Below are positions 61,965 to 64,000 of a stretch of 64,000 nt of DNA, one piece after another. The notes below the pieces were generated by a model that was not told the DNA's origin, searched no databases, and saw only the letters and a list, made by a program, of their open reading frames with translations. Source of the DNA: Gammaproteobacteria bacterium (GTDB taxonomy: Bacteria > Pseudomonadota > Gammaproteobacteria > Natronospirales > JAJUFS01); the NCBI GenBank assembly GCA_036381175.1, contig DASVDI010000018.1:67921-131920 (forward strand). Reading direction: 5' to 3'. How positions within the stretch are numbered: position 1 is the stretch's first letter; every line of letters starts with the position of its first letter. A program made the translations under genes and the position numbers.

Positions 61965-62266
61965 CAGTCTTCCTTTTCCTCGATCGCGACGATGGGCTTG
62001 TCGGTGAACAGGTATTGGCGCAACTCTTCATCGAACTTCGGAATCCTGCGACGAATCCATTCCAGCACCATGGCGGCGTGCTCGATTTCCTCGTCACGGT
62101 TGTGCGCGAGAATCGCGGCGAGTTCGCTATCCTTGCAGGTATCGACGCGCTGCTGGTACCAGTCGATGGCTTCAAGTTCCTCCATCAGCGACGTGATTGC
62201 ACGGTGCAGATCGCGCGATTCGGCGGAAAGTTCGTTGACGGGTTCGTGATAACCCTCGTTAGCCAT
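61964..62266 (-). CDS. EncFtn-like (encapsulated-ferritin family) small ferritin-like protein with no recognisable encapsulin targeting peptide
   Basis: 100 aa: HEPVNELSAESRDLHRAITSLMEELEAIDWYQQRVDTCKDSELAAILAHNRDEEIEHAAMVLEWIRRRIPKFDEELRQYLFT. The Glu and ExxH ferroxidase ligands are conserved. GAGGAG RBS. Confidence 0.75.
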   Translation of the reverse strand: MANEGYHEPVNELSAESRDLHRAITSLMEELEAIDWYQQRVDTCKDSELAAILAHNRDEEIEHAAMVLEWIRRRIPKFDEELRQYLFTDKPIVAIEEKED

Positions 62267-62275
62267 GATGTCTCC

Positions 62276-63628
62276 TCAAATTCCGTAAGCAAAACGTAAC
62301 AGCGCCATAGGATGTTCCGGCGATCGTTCATCATTCAATCCGTTCTCGATCTGGTGACCTGCCATCGGACAGTCACTGGAATAATGATCGGCTTCGGCTT
62401 CGCGAACACGATTGATAACAGGTTTCGCGATCTTCATCGAGATCTCGTGAAATTCCTTTTTCACGGCGTAGGTTCCATCGTGTCCCGAACAACGCTCGAT
62501 GGTGACGACCTCAGTACCCGGCACAAGTTGCAGGATATCGCGTGTCTTGTAACCGATGTTCTGCACGCGCAGATGACAGGGCACCTGCCAGGCAACCTTG
62601 CCGAGCCGGTTCGGAAATTCCGTTTTCAGCAGGCCCGCGTGACGCCGCGCGACAAGATATTCGAAAGGATCGAACATCGCATCGCGTACCTTTGCAACGT
62701 CCGCGTCGTCGGGAAACATCAACGGCAGTTCCTGCTTGAACATCAGCACGCAGGACGGCACGGGTGCGATGATGTCCCAGCCTTCATCCACGAGTTTCGC
62801 GAGCATCGGAACGTTATGCTCCTTCGCCTTCGCCACCGCATCGAGATCGCCGAGTTCCAGCTTCGGCATTCCGCAACATTTTTCTGCGCCGGCCATGCGA
62901 ACGGCGATGCCGTTGTGTTCGAATACCGCGACGAGATCCTCGCCGAGATCCGGTTTGTTGAAATTTCCATAACAGGTTCCGAACAATGCAACGCGCCCGC
63001 GCGTTTCGCCCGCAGGCGCTGCATCAGGGAGCGTCTCGTGATGCTTCATGCGCTTTCGCAAGGTCTTCGCGTGGTATTTCGGAACGGCGGCGTCGCGATG
63101 CACGCCCAGCGTTTTCTCCAGCAGCGCGCGTGCCGGTTTGTTCCGATTCGCGGCGTTCACGGCTTCGACAACAATCGGAATGCCGGCGAACTTTCCGACA
63201 GCGTCAGTCGAACTCAGCACCTTGTCACGGAATCTCGTTCTGCCCTCGCGGTGCTTGACCGCCTTCGCGCGCAACATGAGATGCGGAAAATCCACGTTCC
63301 ATTCATGCGGCGGCACGTAAGGACACTTCGTCATGTAGCACATGTCGCACAGATAGCACTGATCGACAACGTTCCAGAACACTTCGCGTGGCACGCCGTC
63401 GAGCTCCATCGTGTCGGATTCGTCGATGGCATCGAACAGCGTCGGGAAGGCGTTGCAGAGGCTGAAGCAGCGCCGGCAGCCGTGGCAGACATCGAAAACG
63501 CGTTCCAGCTCCTGGAACAGGCTGCCTTCATCGTGAAAGTCGTCGCTGCGCCAGTCCAGCGGATGGCGGGTCGGCGCGTCAAGGCTGCCTTCGCGTCGGC
63601 CTGGCGAAGTATCGGAATCAGCGCTCAT
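62276..63628 (-). CDS. (Fe-S)-binding oxidoreductase, HdrD/GlpC/LutA-like (two ferredoxin-type cluster motifs plus two CCG-type Cys-rich domains)
   Basis: [11 protein letters not shown] and [13 protein letters not shown] motifs, then GTCYG...EKCCGMP and PCHL...ERCSGHDG segments. Confidence 0.85.
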   Translation of the reverse strand: MSADSDTSPGRREGSLDAPTRHPLDWRSDDFHDEGSLFQELERVFDVCHGCRRCFSLCNAFPTLFDAIDESDTMELDGVPREVFWNVVDQCYLCDMCYMTKCPYVPPHEWNVDFPHLMLRAKAVKHREGRTRFRDKVLSSTDAVGKFAGIPIVVEAVNAANRNKPARALLEKTLGVHRDAAVPKYHAKTLRKRMKHHETLPDAAPAGETRGRVALFGTCYGNFNKPDLGEDLVAVFEHNGIAVRMAGAEKCCGMPKLELGDLDAVAKAKEHNVPMLAKLVDEGWDIIAPVPSCVLMFKQELPLMFPDDADVAKVRDAMFDPFEYLVARRHAGLLKTEFPNRLGKVAWQVPCHLRVQNIGYKTRDILQLVPGTEVVTIERCSGHDGTYAVKKEFHEISMKIAKPVINRVREAEADHYSSDCPMAGHQIENGLNDERSPEHPMALLRFAYGI

Positions 63629-63631
63629 GAA

Positions 63632-63729
63632 ATTCCCCCGTTGCGTTCAGCGCAACGCGTCCCCTTTGGGAAAGGGGGAAAATCCCCCGCTTGCGCTGCG
63701 CGCAAGCCGCCCCCTTTTCCAAAGAGGGC
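63632..63729. repeat. Tandem duplication of an approximately 48-nt unit, each unit carrying two hairpins (intercistronic structured element)
   Basis: Unit 1 has CGTTGCG-ttcag-CGCAACG and CCCCTTT-ggg-AAAGGGG. Unit 2 has GCTTGCG-ctgcg-CGCAAGC and CCCCTTTT-cc-AAAGAGGG. Both units start with tcccccg. Confidence 0.75.
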
Positions 63730-63772
63730 AACTCTCCGTTGCACTTGGCTGCGAGAAAACGCTTATGCGATT

Positions 63773-64000
63773 TCAACTGTCGAGGGAATCGAGCGCCTTC
63801 TGGAACCTGTTCGCGTGCGAGCGCTCGGCCTTCGCCAGCGTCTCGAACCAGTCGGCGATTTCATCAAAGCCTTCGTCGCGCGCGGCCTTCGCCATGCCGG
63901 GATACATATCCGTGTACTCGTGCGTCTCGCCCGCGATCGCGGCCTTGAGGTTCGCGCCGGTTTCGCCGATCGGCAGGCCCGTCGCCGGATCGCCGACGGC
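63773..64000 (-). CDS. Rubrerythrin-family diiron protein. Only the C-terminal 75 aa are visible because the 5' part lies outside the window.
   Basis: Absent from the ORF track because its start is outside the window. Reverse translation gives [75 protein letters not shown]. It has the second ExxH helix pair and no C-terminal rubredoxin domain. Confidence 0.85.
   Translation of the reverse strand, partial: AVGDPATGLPIGETGANLKAAIAGETHEYTDMYPGMAKAARDEGFDEIADWFETLAKAERSHANRFQKALDSLDS

Overview
This 64 kb window is a GC-rich, gene-dense core-chromosome segment from a proteobacterium. Gene order looks gammaproteobacterial and Xanthomonadales/Pseudomonas-like (tig-clpP-clpX-lon-hupB-ppiD; asd-fimV-truA-trpFBA-accD-folC-dedD-cvpA-purF), but that placement is inference from synteny only. 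I can support 54 CDS (two run off the window edges), 8 tRNA genes, several sigma70-like promoters, one sigma32-like promoter, and a set of intrinsic terminators. Almost everything from 15 kb onward is on the minus strand. Many junctions show 1-4 nt start/stop overlaps (ATGA, GTGA, TGATG), which implies long translationally coupled operons. I saw no prophage, IS element, CRISPR array, toxin-antitoxin pair or recognisable defence island. Six things deserve a second look. (1) At the right edge there is a compact cluster of rubrerythrin, an HdrD/GlpC-like Fe-S protein, an EncFtn-like ferritin with no encapsulin shell or targeting peptide, and DUF3501. Its first intergenic spacer holds a tandem double hairpin with compensatory stem changes. 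(2) A 139-bp AT-rich palindromic element carries seven copies of an 8-mer and abuts a perfect (TTGCTC)14 microsatellite just after htpX. (3) Two copies of a GTAG-headed REP doublet (REPIN) are present, and one supplies the TAG stops of two convergent genes. (4) A second, divergent full-length GluRS paralogue is translationally coupled to cysS. (5) A FimX-like REC-PAS-GGDEF-EAL protein has both catalytic motifs degenerate. (6) An uncharacterised membrane protein is inserted between fimV and truA. All homology calls come from motif recognition by eye. No database search was possible, and start codons are best guesses.
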